64,000 nucleotides of DNA from Blastocatellia bacterium (GTDB lineage: Bacteria > Acidobacteriota > Blastocatellia > UBA7656): the NCBI GenBank assembly GCA_963765495.1, contig CAVXWP010000001.1:480001-544000 (forward strand), read 5' to 3'. Below, piece by piece: positions 49,139 through 60,000 of the stretch. Within the stretch, counting starts at the first letter, position 1. Each line of letters begins with the position of its first letter. The notes below the pieces were generated by a model. That model did not search any database. It was not told where the DNA came from and worked only from the letters and a program-made list of their open reading frames with translations. A program made the translations under genes and the position numbers.

Positions 49139-50497
49139 TTACTCCAGGATTCTGAATTTGGAAATAGACCACTTGCTGCGGTTGCCGCGATTGTCTGTAG
49201 CGGTAACGCGAACATAACGCGCACGCACAGGGGTGAAAGTGGCCCGCGAGCGGGTGTTGCCTCCCTCGCCTTCAAAGACTGCCTGCCAGCGATTGCCGTC
49301 CTCGCTTACCTCGATCTTATAACGACCCGGAAACTCCCTATCGTTTGGCGCATGCACCTGCACAAGCTTTGAAATAGTGTAGCTTCCACCCAGATCGAGT
49401 ATGACCCAGTTGCCAATGTAGTTATTGGTGTTTGTTGAGGCATACGTACTCTGATTGCCGTCAATTGAAGCGGTCAGGTTGGAAAAGCCGTTGCCTCGTA
49501 TCCGGCGAATCTCGCGCTCAAGCCGCTTGTCGTCTTCGTCGCGGTCGGTTACGTCGTTGTCCCGGTTTGTGCGAAGCTCTGCGATAGACCACCAGTGAGT
49601 CCGGTCCTGATTCCTTGTCGCCGTGATGCGAATGTAGCGAGTCGTTATCTCGTTGAACTGAGCCTCGCTTCGACCTGACGTGCCACGCCCGCTCCAGACC
49701 TGACGGAACTGGCTTTCGTCTTTGCGCCGGCTGGCTTCTATCTTATACTCCGCCGGGAAATCGTCGGGCCACTGACCGTGAACCTGCACGACGCGCGATA
49801 TGTCATACTCGCCGCCCAGATCGTAAAGCACCGACATGCCCGAGTAATTAGCGGTGCCGCTTGTGGCTCGTGTCTCCTGATTTTTGTCGAGCGCCTTGTC
49901 AATATCTTTAAGATCGCCCGTCACACGCGCAGGTCCGGGCCGCTCGGGTGTGCGGTCATCTCCCCGATCCTGAGCGGGTATATCGCGGGGATTCTTCGCG
50001 GCGGGATCGATTGCGAGTTGTACCTCGGCTACGGACCACTCGTTGTTGCCGCCCCCCGTTTTTGTAGCGGTGACGCGAAGAAAACGCGCTCGAATTGCCG
50101 GAAACAAGGCGCTGCTCGTGCCGCGCTCGCCCGGGCCTTCCCACGCCCACATCCAGGGTCCGCTTGTGGAGTTTGCCACTTCGACCTTGTAGCGGCCCGG
50201 ATAAAACGTAGGCCATCGTCCCCCTACCTGATAAACCCCTATGATGTTTTGCTGCGCTCCCGCATCGAGCGTGTAGCTCATGCCTGTGTAGTCGGCTTTG
50301 CCCGAAGTAGCGCGAGTCTCCAGCCGTCCGTCATATATCTTCCCGATATCGAGCAGGTCGCCCGTCACAGAGGCCGGATCAACCTTGCGAGCCTGTATGG
50401 TTAGATCGGGCTTCTGTTGGGCGAAGGCTCCGGCCGAGGTCATTAAAACTGCCAGGAGCGCGGTTGCCATCGAAACTGCGACTGATTTTAGCTTCAT
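49139..50497 (-). CDS. Secreted protein with three discoidin (F5/8 type C)-like domains
   Basis: Signal peptide from ATG 50497; three repeats of D.G...P..YK.E...W...ARY.R.TAT...WS.AE. Confidence 0.8.
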   Translation of the reverse strand: MKLKSVAVSMATALLAVLMTSAGAFAQQKPDLTIQARKVDPASVTGDLLDIGKIYDGRLETRATSGKADYTGMSYTLDAGAQQNIIGVYQVGGRWPTFYPGRYKVEVANSTSGPWMWAWEGPGERGTSSALFPAIRARFLRVTATKTGGGNNEWSVAEVQLAIDPAAKNPRDIPAQDRGDDRTPERPGPARVTGDLKDIDKALDKNQETRATSGTANYSGMSVLYDLGGEYDISRVVQVHGQWPDDFPAEYKIEASRRKDESQFRQVWSGRGTSGRSEAQFNEITTRYIRITATRNQDRTHWWSIAELRTNRDNDVTDRDEDDKRLEREIRRIRGNGFSNLTASIDGNQSTYASTNTNNYIGNWVILDLGGSYTISKLVQVHAPNDREFPGRYKIEVSEDGNRWQAVFEGEGGNTRSRATFTPVRARYVRVTATDNRGNRSKWSISKFRILE

Positions 50498-50728
50498 CTC
50501 GCTTCTCTTTCCTCTCTCTCTTAAAAATGCTTTAATGCGATGGTGTTGAATGGGCGCGCGTTGCTCAGATCGAAAGATGAGCGCCCGGAAAGTCAGGCAA
50601 AAGCTCGTTTCAGTAGCGGGATAATCGTCCGCGTCCAAAAGATGTTAGCACGCCCTCAGAGGGGCTGACAATGACTCGACGGCGCGTCGAAAAGCATGCC
50701 GTCGAGTGGTGCTTCGTCATTTATGGTG

Positions 50729-50737
50729 TGCTATAAT
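50729..50737 (+). promoter_or_regulatory. Extended -10 promoter of rnpB
   Basis: TGCTATAAT ending 15 bp upstream of the P1 5' strand. Confidence 0.7.
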
Positions 50738-50751
50738 CCCATCGGTTCTTT

Positions 50752-51250
50752 GGAGTGGGTTGGACGGTCGCTGGCTCTTCTTTGATTTCAAATTGAAATT
50801 TCAGATTTGAGATATACAGGAGGGCGAGAGGAAAGTCCGAACACCGCAGGGCGGCGAACTGGCTAACGGCCAGGCGGGGCGACCCGACGACAAGTGCAAC
50901 AGAGAATAGACCAGCCGATGGTCTCACACGACGCCTTGAGCGCCGCTGTGGGAAACAGGTGATGGGTGAAACGGTGAGGTAAGAGCTCATCAGCACGCGT
51001 GGCGACACTGCGTGGCTAGGCAAACTCTTCGCGGTGCAAGACCAAATAGGGAGACGTCACGAGGGCTGCCCGCCCGATGCGTATTTCATTTGAAATTCGC
51101 AACAGTCTCCGGGTAGGTCGCTTGAGCGAGCGGAGCAATCCGCCGCCTAGATGAATGACCGTCACTGGCCAGGAGAGCGAAATCAGAGGGCTTCGGCCCG
51201 CCTGACCGCCGCCTGTAGCGAGGACAAAATTCGGCTTACAGACCCACTCC
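50752..51250 (+). ncRNA. rnpB: RNase P RNA, bacterial type A
   Basis: P1 GGAGTGGGT/ACCCACTCC; GAGGAAAGTCC; AGTGCAACAGAGAA; GGGTGAAACGG; GCAAGACCAAATAG; CCTAGATGAATG; ACAAAATTCGGCTTA. Confidence 0.96.
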
Positions 51251-51329
51251 GATAGCCGGAAAATGGATGGCGGCTCCTGAGCCGAATCGCCATTCAACCT
51301 TAAAAATTGTGGTTCGTGGGGAGTGTGCG

Positions 51330-52049
51330 GTGGAAAGAAACAAATACCTGTTCGGTCTATTAGGACTCATCTTTGGAATTACCCTTGGTTTTTTCGGAAC
51401 TCGATACATCAATCAGAGTGCGGCAGGCACGACCCCCGGCACTCAGGCTACGGGGGCGATGGGCGCTGGCGGACAGGGCGGACAGGGCGGACAGGGGCAG
51501 GAAGCCCAAATGGCTTCGGTCCGCGATACGATAGAGAAGGCCAAGAAAAACCCTGACGATTTCGACGCGCAACTCGGCGCGGCAAAAACCTATTTCCAGA
51601 TCGGAAGAACTACCGAAGCAATCGAGTACCTTGAGAAGGCGTACAAAATCCAGCCCGATAACATAAACGTCACTGCCAATCTGGGAATCCTTCACTCCGA
51701 AGAGAAGAATTATCCCGAGGCCGAAAAATGGTTCCGTCGCGCGCTTGAGCTTGACCCCCAAGAGGACGAGCTATACGTGGAACTGGGAGCTACGTTTATT
51801 CAGCGAAAACCGCCGGAACCCGATAAAGCCATTGAAGAGATAGACCGGGCGCTCAAGATAAAGCCTAAAAACGGTCACGCGCTCGGGCATCTTATAGAGG
51901 CATATATTTTGAAGAAGGACGCTCAGATGGCCGAAAACACGCTGAATCGTTTGAAAGAGGCCGAGCCGAATAACGACAGGATTTCGATTTACCAGAATCT
52001 AGTGTCGGACCTCAAGGCCGGTAAGGCTGTGACTCTTCCCGAGGAATGA
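51330..52049 (+). CDS. Membrane-anchored TPR protein
   Basis: GTG 51330 after GGGGAG; N-terminal TM, GQG linker, TPRs. Confidence 0.82.
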   Translation: MERNKYLFGLLGLIFGITLGFFGTRYINQSAAGTTPGTQATGAMGAGGQGGQGGQGQEAQMASVRDTIEKAKKNPDDFDAQLGAAKTYFQIGRTTEAIEYLEKAYKIQPDNINVTANLGILHSEEKNYPEAEKWFRRALELDPQEDELYVELGATFIQRKPPEPDKAIEEIDRALKIKPKNGHALGHLIEAYILKKDAQMAENTLNRLKEAEPNNDRISIYQNLVSDLKAGKAVTLPEE

Positions 52050-52064
52050 TTAGAGTAGGTTGTA

Positions 52065-52325
52065 ATGTCTCTTATAAGGCTAATAATTTATAGCATCCTT
52101 GCGTATCTGATCTTACGCTTCATCCGGCGACTTCTGGGCGGATTTACTCCTTCTCCTTCGTCTGCGCACAGGTCGGGAAATTTTTCTTCCCGCACCCCTC
52201 GCTCTTCGCCAACTGTACGGTGCGATAATTGCGGGATGTATGTAGCTCAAAATACAGCACTTCTGATCGGCGACGCAGGTTTTTGCTCAAAGAAATGCGC
52301 TGAGAACAGAGCCCAAAAAGCTTAA
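52065..52325 (+). CDS. Small membrane protein with CxxC...FCS metal-binding motif (PP0621-like)
   Basis: TM, then VRCDNCGMYV...FCSKKC. Confidence 0.7.
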   Translation: MSLIRLIIYSILAYLILRFIRRLLGGFTPSPSSAHRSGNFSSRTPRSSPTVRCDNCGMYVAQNTALLIGDAGFCSKKCAENRAQKA

Positions 52326-52583
52326 CGATATAATAAGAAAAACTATCCCCGTAATGGTTTCTTGCATCGTTTCTATTACTTTTTCCGTCCTTAAAAATTG
52401 GAGGAAGAGAAAATCTTGCACTGAGATTTTCTTGGGGAGCGTGGCCGCTTCAACAAAACAGTGCCAGTCACAGCAGTATATGTTCCAATTATTCTCAGTT
52501 TGAGGATAGTCCCCCTGATTTTTGGTGCATGGGTGATCTGGCTTCTGTAGAGCTTTATAATTTATATTAGTAAGGAAGCAATA

Positions 52584-53612
52584 ATGAAGATACGTAATGC
52601 ATTGAATTATCTGACCGGCAAGGGAGGCTCTGATCGGGGATCGGAGCCGGGTCCGGGTGCCGGGCATGTCTGTCCTGAAGAAATAGAGATCCTCAATTAC
52701 ATCGAAAATAGAGTAACAGAGGATACGAGTGCGAAGCTTGAACGCCATTTCGCGCAATGCGACAATTGCCGCGAGTTGCTGGTTTTGTATGTTCAGCTAA
52801 GGGACGAGCTAGCCGCCGGTAATGATGCGGCCGGGATGCCTCCTGTGACCGATAGCGAGGTCGAACAGCAGACTGCTCACGTTCTGGCTATGATCAAGGA
52901 AGACGAATGGAGGCGTCGTCAGACCGCAGCCGACAGGCCGCAACGCAGGTCGCTGAGCGGTATCTTTGTCACTTATACTCAACTCGGGGTTTTTGCCGTT
53001 ATATGCGCGATAGCGATTAGCGTTGTGTATCTTATTACAAAGTCGCCCGCGCCTGATACGGCGGCAATGCAGGCGCTCGCGTCGGCTATTGAGAAAGACA
53101 GACGCATAGAGCCTCGCATATCGGGCGATTTCTCGCATTCGAATTATTCACAGACCAGGGGCGAGGAACGCAAATATGAAGTCCAGTTTGATCGCGCCCT
53201 TAACAAGCTAAAAGATGCCGAGCAAGAATCGGCATCGCCGAAAGAGCGGATGGCGCTTGCTCGGGTATATCTGGCGCGCAACGATGGCAAGGACACGGAA
53301 GATGCCTTGAAAATATTGCGCGGTCTTGTCGATAAAGGCGAGCGCTCGCCCGAATTGTTCAACGACCTGGGCGTTGCGCTTTACGTGCAGGGGAAATATA
53401 AGGAAGCCGTGATCGAATTCAACAAAGCGCTTGAGATGTCGCCCGATTTTGATCAGGCAATATTTAACAAGGCGCTGGCCGAAACCGAAGCCGGATCGTC
53501 GGAAGAGGCCATGCAAGACTGGTCACATTTTCTGAGAGTAGCTAAAGACCCGCAGTGGAAGGCCGAAGCCCAAGGCCGCCTGAGCGCGCTTGAAAAATCC
53601 ATGAACCGATGA
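52584..53612 (+). CDS. zf-HC2 anti-sigma-like domain, TM and TPR protein
   Basis: ERHFAQCDNCRE (HxxxCxxC), one TM, EPRISG, TPRs (NDLGVAL, FNKALA). Confidence 0.8.
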   Translation: MKIRNALNYLTGKGGSDRGSEPGPGAGHVCPEEIEILNYIENRVTEDTSAKLERHFAQCDNCRELLVLYVQLRDELAAGNDAAGMPPVTDSEVEQQTAHVLAMIKEDEWRRRQTAADRPQRRSLSGIFVTYTQLGVFAVICAIAISVVYLITKSPAPDTAAMQALASAIEKDRRIEPRISGDFSHSNYSQTRGEERKYEVQFDRALNKLKDAEQESASPKERMALARVYLARNDGKDTEDALKILRGLVDKGERSPELFNDLGVALYVQGKYKEAVIEFNKALEMSPDFDQAIFNKALAETEAGSSEEAMQDWSHFLRVAKDPQWKAEAQGRLSALEKSMNR

Positions 53613-53732
53613 TGCCCCTTAAAACTTATCTTGCGAAAAGCCCCCTTCGCCTCACCTTAATGCGCCGATAGGTTCTCCTTATCAAATCACCCGAACCGAG
53701 CTAACAGGGCAAGCCATTCTGCGCGGGGGGCT

Positions 53733-55484
53733 TTACTTGAGCCACGCGTCGTCTATAACCGTGTCTACGGTGACGGGTATGCTGCTGATGAATTCGCGCG
53801 CTGCCGCAGTCATTTCGCGTTCCAGGATGGTTACGCATTCTTCGGCTTCGGCTTCGGCTACCTCGACCACTATTTCATCGTGTATGCAGTTGACTATCTG
53901 GGCGTCGAGCGGTTTGATTGCCTCGTAAAGAAGCGCGAGCGCGCGTTTGACAATATCGGCGCTGCTGCCCTGAATGGGCGCGTTCTTGCCGAGTCGCTGT
54001 GTAGCCGCCACCTGTGAGCGTTCGTTCTGATCGAATTCGAAATATATCAAACGGCCTGAACGCGTGCGGCTCTTGCGATCGCGAACGGCTCGCCCGGCTG
54101 CCTCGCGCAGCCACGCGGCAACCCCGCTATAGGCCGCGAAGTACTTTCGTATCAATTGCTCGGCCTGCTCCGCCGAACAGTCAATACGCGCCGCCAGCCC
54201 TTGCGCGCCCAGCCCGTACATTATTCCGTAATTAAGTTGTTTGGCCGCCGCGCGCTGGTCTTTCGATACACTCTCAAGCGGAATCGCAAACATCTGGCTG
54301 GCAGTAACGCAATGCAAATCTTCGCCCGACATAAGTGCTTTCACAAGAGCCGTATCCTGAGACCAGTCGGCCAGTATTCGCAACTCTATTTGAGAGTAAT
54401 CGGCAATCGCAAGCTTGCGGCCCGAAGGGGCGTGAAAGCACCCGCGGTATTCGGGAGTGTTTGGCACCTGTTGAAGGTTGGGATTCGAGCAACTCATCCT
54501 GCCGCCGGTCGCTCCAATCTGGCGGAAGTCCGCGTGGATGCGCCCCGTTTCCGGGTGAATGTGTTCGAGCATCGGAAGCCCGTAGCTGCTCAAGGATTTC
54601 TGCACGCTTCGGTATTCGAGCAGTTTTGCAATCGCCGGATGCTCTTTGGCGAGCGGCTGAAGCTGCCAGTTTCGCGTGCCTTCGACCTTGATGCCTATGC
54701 GCGAGAGCGCTTCTACTATTTGCGCGGGGCTGTCGAGGTTGATGTCCGGGTCGCCGAACAGAGTGAGTTGCGGCACCCCGGCCGCAAGCTCGCTCTTAAG
54801 ATCGGATGAAAGGATTTCGTGCGCTCGCTCGACATCGCCCACGAGCCGCCGCCAGCAATCTTTATCAATCGCCATCCCGGCAAGCTCCATAGCCGATAGC
54901 GGCAACACGCAGTCGAATTCAAGTTTAGCCGCCTCCATCAGGTCGTGCTCTTCAAGCTCTTCGATGAGCGACTCTCGCAGAGGCAACATCAAGGCAGCGT
55001 CCTTGGCCGCATACTCGTATTGTATTTCGGCAAGCTCACCTGACCAGTCGCTCGCCTGCATAGCCTTATCCACAGGCTGATTTAAAAAGCGCTCGGACAC
55101 CGCAGCAAGGGCGTGTCCGCCTTCGCTGCGGCCTCCGCCGATCAACTGGCTTGCAAGCATCGTGTCGAATATCCCTCGCACTTCAATATCGAAGTGATGC
55201 ATCAGCATCTTCAAATCGAATTTCGCATTGTGCAGAATCTTTGTTATGCGGGCCGCTGTCATCAGCTCGCGTAGTCCCGCGTGATCGAATGCTGAAAGCC
55301 GAAACAGGTCTATGACAAAGTTTCGCTCAGGCGTAGATATTTGCGCCAGCCGCACACGACTCGTGAGCGGGTCAAGCCCGGTTGTTTCCGTATCCAACCC
55401 TATGGCTGAATAATTTGCTATGTGTATAACGGCTTCTTCCAGAGCCGTCTCAGTGGTGACCAACGTGAAAGGTGTTTTACTCAC
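53733..55484 (-). CDS. Second family A DNA polymerase: 3'-5' exonuclease plus polymerase, no 5' nuclease
   Basis: ExoI DTETTG, ExoII HNAKFD, ExoIII YAAKD; motifs DYSQIELR, KQLNYGIMYG, IHDE. Confidence 0.92.
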   Translation of the reverse strand: MSKTPFTLVTTETALEEAVIHIANYSAIGLDTETTGLDPLTSRVRLAQISTPERNFVIDLFRLSAFDHAGLRELMTAARITKILHNAKFDLKMLMHHFDIEVRGIFDTMLASQLIGGGRSEGGHALAAVSERFLNQPVDKAMQASDWSGELAEIQYEYAAKDAALMLPLRESLIEELEEHDLMEAAKLEFDCVLPLSAMELAGMAIDKDCWRRLVGDVERAHEILSSDLKSELAAGVPQLTLFGDPDINLDSPAQIVEALSRIGIKVEGTRNWQLQPLAKEHPAIAKLLEYRSVQKSLSSYGLPMLEHIHPETGRIHADFRQIGATGGRMSCSNPNLQQVPNTPEYRGCFHAPSGRKLAIADYSQIELRILADWSQDTALVKALMSGEDLHCVTASQMFAIPLESVSKDQRAAAKQLNYGIMYGLGAQGLAARIDCSAEQAEQLIRKYFAAYSGVAAWLREAAGRAVRDRKSRTRSGRLIYFEFDQNERSQVAATQRLGKNAPIQGSSADIVKRALALLYEAIKPLDAQIVNCIHDEIVVEVAEAEAEECVTILEREMTAAAREFISSIPVTVDTVIDDAWLK

Positions 55485-55629
55485 TCGTAGCGCTTTCTTT
55501 TCCTGTCAATTTCAAGCAAACCAGCGTGATCAAAAATTCTCGCACCAAGACAGGGGACAATCAAGGTAATGATCGGCCGAAAGCGACTGTATGATCAGGA
55601 CAACGGCAACAGACCACGGGTGGAACGGA

Positions 55630-55719
55630 TGCGTGATCCGTGATTCGTGACCTTTAGGGAACCCGTTTGTAAATGACAAGTTAAAGCCTGCCAAATCACG
55701 GATCACGCATCACGAATCA
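55630..55719. repeat. ATCACGV heptamer inverted array overlapping the mscS stop
   Basis: GCGTGATCCGTGATTCGTGA ... AATCACGGATCACGCATCACGAATC. Confidence 0.78.
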
Positions 55720-57037
55720 ATTCAGCAGGTTTAACGCGTTTCTGAAAGCCTTTTCTCGCCCTCTCGATTGTATCGCTTCGCAACTCGCGCTCATACTGCA
55801 CGTCAAACACATAGGCCGTCACAACGAGCTTTGTGACAGGCTCGTTTCTGTATTCCTCGTCCACCTGCACTTCAATTGGCTTGTTGATGTAAACATAAGG
55901 CGAGATGGCTACCGCCTCGTAGGCTATTCTCTTGCCTTCTTCGATATCGATATCAGCAGGCAAGAGCAATTCCGTAGTGACCTGGCTTTCAATCGCGCCC
56001 GAATTTGAATTGGAGACAGGCGAGCGCGCCACATCGGAGTTGGGAATCGCAACTACGGACCCGTCCGGCGACAACAGGTGAAAAGCCCTCAGACCTATTC
56101 GCAGCACTTCGCCCTGATGGTTGCCGATCTTTATCCGGTCGCCGATTTGAAAGGGTCTTTCAAGCAGAATTACCATCCCGCTTATGATGTCTCTGAGCAG
56201 TTGTTGTGAGCTAAAGATCAAAGCCACCGCTGCCAGAACAAGCAGGACAACGATGGCCGCCGCCGAATTGGCAAAGATGCCGACGACCGCCGTTATTGCC
56301 AGAAACCACCATCCAAAACTTACAAACGGGATGGCTCTGCGCAGCCATAACGTCTGATCTTTTCTGCGCCCGGCTATTCGATTCAAGACAAGCACGAGCG
56401 CCTTGTGCACAAGGTAAAAGAATCCAAGAGTGAGCAGAGCTAAGATAATTGCCCTGAACGAGAATGACCCTGTAAGCTTTTCAATCTCTTCGACGATCTT
56501 TTTTTGAATCCCTTCGACTTCTCCGTCTTTCGGCTCGGGCCGGGCAACCGTCGGTTGCGTTTGCGGCTCGGGCTCAAGTGCAGGCGGCTCGGCCGGTTGT
56601 GTTTGAGTTTGAGGCTGCGCGGCAGGTGGCTCTGGTTGTTGAGTCTCGGCAGGACTTTCATTAGCAGGACGTTCATCAGCAGGATTTTCACTCCGAGGCT
56701 GACTGCTCTCTTCTTGCGGCCTTTCGGGCGCGGGGCTTATTGTCTGCTGCGGCACAGGCGGGGGAGGCTCTGCCGGAGCCTGCTTTTGAACTGTGGGCGC
56801 GGGTTTTTGGGGCGCGGGTTTTTGGGGCGCGGGTTTTTGGGGCGCGCTTTGTTCGGGCTGTTTCGGTGTTTGTTTTTCGACCTGCTCGGGTAGGGGAGGT
56901 TCAGGTCCTGGTTTTTCCTGTTTTTGCTGATGGCCAATGCGGGCCGCCATGCTTTTCCCAAAGCAGGTCGACCCTGCCAGGCAAATCATACCCAGAAGTA
57001 AAAGGGATAAAATGTGTCTGAAAACTCTGGTCATCAA
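55703..57037 (-). CDS. MscS-family mechanosensitive channel with Pro/Gln-rich N-terminal extension
   Basis: DIISGMVILLERPFQIGDRI, GEVLRIGLR, IPNS; signal-like N-terminus and QKPAP x3. Confidence 0.88.
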   Translation of the reverse strand: MMTRVFRHILSLLLLGMICLAGSTCFGKSMAARIGHQQKQEKPGPEPPLPEQVEKQTPKQPEQSAPQKPAPQKPAPQKPAPTVQKQAPAEPPPPVPQQTISPAPERPQEESSQPRSENPADERPANESPAETQQPEPPAAQPQTQTQPAEPPALEPEPQTQPTVARPEPKDGEVEGIQKKIVEEIEKLTGSFSFRAIILALLTLGFFYLVHKALVLVLNRIAGRRKDQTLWLRRAIPFVSFGWWFLAITAVVGIFANSAAAIVVLLVLAAVALIFSSQQLLRDIISGMVILLERPFQIGDRIKIGNHQGEVLRIGLRAFHLLSPDGSVVAIPNSDVARSPVSNSNSGAIESQVTTELLLPADIDIEEGKRIAYEAVAISPYVYINKPIEVQVDEEYRNEPVTKLVVTAYVFDVQYERELRSDTIERARKGFQKRVKPAELIRDA

Positions 57038-60000
57038 TGTAACATGTTCCGGGTTCGCAGTTCTTTTGCTAGAGGAATATAAATAACACGGTTTACGGCA
57101 AACTGCTCCTGGCCGTCATCGCGGATTTCTTTGACCAGCAAATTTATGTTAGTCAGGTATGTCAGGGTCGAAAGGCTCGATGTTCGGTCGGTCCCAAAGA
57201 CATCGGCATGCTCGCCCGCCGTCAGGCTCCCGTGCTGGATTATCATGCTCAGGGTCAGTAGTTTTTTAACGTGCATGTCTGAGAGGAAATCGAATCTCAA
57301 TCGTTCGAGCGGTTTGATTATAAGCTCGTTCCCCTGGACGTCTGCGATGGACTTCAGCCAGTAAAAAATGGCCGCCAGAGAGTTTCCCTCGGTCGCCCTG
57401 CTCAGGTCTTCAAAGTATTCTCTTCTTATCATCTCCTGCTGTTTGTCGGCTGAAGCCTTGCGATACTTTTTCTTTTGCTCGATAACCTCGTCGGGCAGAA
57501 ATCTCAAATCGAATCCGCTGACCTTGTGCCGCGAAAGAATGACCTCTTCGAGTTGCGCGGGCGTCAGGTTTTCCGTGTTGACCACGAAAGTGAAATGATC
57601 CGAGATGTGAAGTACTTCATCCAGATAGAGCCAGCCGAATTTCCTCATCGAGATCACCCACAGCACCTGATGGCTCGTGGCGGCGACGAGCAGCAACAGT
57701 TTTCTCATCCCTTCGAATCCGCCAAGCGCGCGGAGGTAAAGTTGATGCGCGTCTTCGAGCACGACGACGGTTCGCTGCGCCATCTCGCCGAGCCGCTCGT
57801 GTATTTCATCAAAACTCTCAGCGCCTGTTATGCCCAGAATCGCCGCAAGCTCCGCAACCATTTCCCGCTCGCTCACGACCGTGGATTTGAACTCTTTTCT
57901 GTAAACCGGATAATCGCCCAGCACATGTTTGATCAGCGAATTTATAAAACTGGTCTTTCCGCTTCCAAGCTCGCCGATTACCGCCACGGCGCAATGCATG
58001 CCCTGTTGCCACCTCTTGCGGGCAGTCTCGACCATCTGCAATTCCTGCTCGCGAGCCACGAGAAAATCGCCCGCCTCGAGCGGGGCTATGTCAAACAAAC
58101 GCTGATAGATGAACGGCAGGTTTTTGATTACGCCTTTATCCAGCCTCGCCTGATCGTAGATGGCAAGAATTTCCGAGGGCGTGAATTGTTGAAGCCCCAG
58201 ACTGCTTTTAAGGTCTTTGACTACCTCCTGGCTGATCGGTCTGTATCTGGCGACAATCGCCCCGGAGTTTCTTCCCATCCATTCAAATAATTGCGTTACG
58301 AGGCGCGAAGCTCGGGCCAGAAATTGCCTCTGCTTCAGCCGCACCTGAATGTCGAATGAGGTGCGTTTCAAGACCAGAGTCTCGAAATCTCTCATCCGCT
58401 CGTCCACCTGCGCGATTATCTTTTCATATACCTGATTCTTTAACTGGATTATTCTTTCCAGAGTCGATTCCATCCTGTTTATCGCCCGCTCGATGCCGCC
58501 AAGCGACAACTCTTTCAAACGCGCGGTATCTTCCTCGCCATACTCACCCGGCGTAAGATTGTCGAGTACTTCCAGACAGGTCTTGAGGTTGAAGTTGACT
58601 ATCCTGTAACCGTCGGTCACCGCGCGGATCGTTTCATCCACCTGCTCGAACATGATGCGGTTGACATTGGCCAGATCGCGCGCGATTTCCGTCTCAAGGT
58701 AAGAGCGTGTGATCTCTTGCATAGGCACGATCTTCAAATCCACTCGGGGCGGAGCGAGGCCGTCGGTTCTGTTTAATGCAAGTTCTTTTTCATCGAGCAC
58801 AAGACAATTGACCGGCGCTTGGTCGGCAAGCGTTGAAAATCTCTTGAGCATCACTTCGATCAGCGCATTCAATTCCCGGCTTTCGCGCACGCGAGTCAGA
58901 TTCTCAAGCGTGCCGTTTTGCACGAAGGCAGTGAGGGCTTCGTGTTGACTTGCGATCTCGGTTTTCAAAGTGGCGATGGAGTGATTCGAGTCGAAGACCC
59001 GGACGAGTTGCTGGCGGCTCCCTTCGCATTGAGCTTTCGTAGCGCGAATCCCGGTCACAAGCTTTTCGTCAATGCTTTCAAGCACGTCATAGACTATCTC
59101 ATCAACCGTCCGACTGACGTTATCCATCAGGATCACGACTTCGATGTGTTTTGCATAAGCGCCTGCCGAGCCTGTTTGATAGTTCTGCCAGATGTCGAAT
59201 GATTGGGCTATGAGCTTGCGCGCCTTCTCTCTTGCTTCGTACACCTTCGAGAAGCGAAACCTGCGCGAAGGTAATTCGAAGGTTCCGGCTGTTTCCAGGT
59301 CTTTCAAAAAGGCTGAATAAGCGACCGAGAACGCCAGTCTCATCTGTCGCCTGATGTCGGCGCTATAATTATCGAGGTCATCCGATACTGCGCGGAAATC
59401 CGCGTCCAGATTGCGGCAGACCTCTTCAAGGCTCCGAGCCGCCTCAGATTCGCTTACCGCTCCCGTTTCGAGCGCGTTTATTTGCGATTCGTATTTTTCG
59501 TCAATCTTTTTGTAAAGCGCCTGACTCCGTTCGAGGGCAAACAACGGCTCCGCGCCCAGGAGGTTTGCCGTTTTCGGCAATTCGGGCAGCAGAAGTCCCG
59601 CGAAATAATATCTGGCCAGTCGCCTGAATTGAATGGTTCGCCTCAAATCAGACCGCGCACCGAACACCCTGCGGATCATCTTGTATCCTCGTTTTAGCCG
59701 CTTGCGCGATCTGACATAAAACGAATCGCCCTCGGCGCTCAGAAGCCTTTCCGGCTCCTGAACGACTGAAATAGTTCCTTCGCTCGCTTCCGAAAGAGCG
59801 TCGAGCGCGGCAAGCAGTTCAGCGAATCCTGTCTTCGGGTTTTCGGCGCTGACTTCGGTCGTTTGCCGATAAATCTCTTTCGACAGCACTCGGGAAAAGA
59901 TGATCCGGCTCTCTCGAAAAACATCTATCATCCTTCTCGGTTCGTTGACGGACAGGGCTTCTTTCCTGAGCGCTGAGACGGCCTTTAAGCATTCCTCTCG

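Noticed and set aside
50721-51297. Minus-strand ORFs of 100 and 93 aa
   Set aside because: Antisense to rnpB.
52287-52757. 156-aa minus-strand ORF
   Set aside because: Overlaps two better-supported plus-strand genes and has no motifs.
53733-55484. Short polA as a prophage marker or a pseudogene
   Set aside because: There are no phage or integrase genes around it, and all exonuclease and polymerase catalytic motifs are intact.
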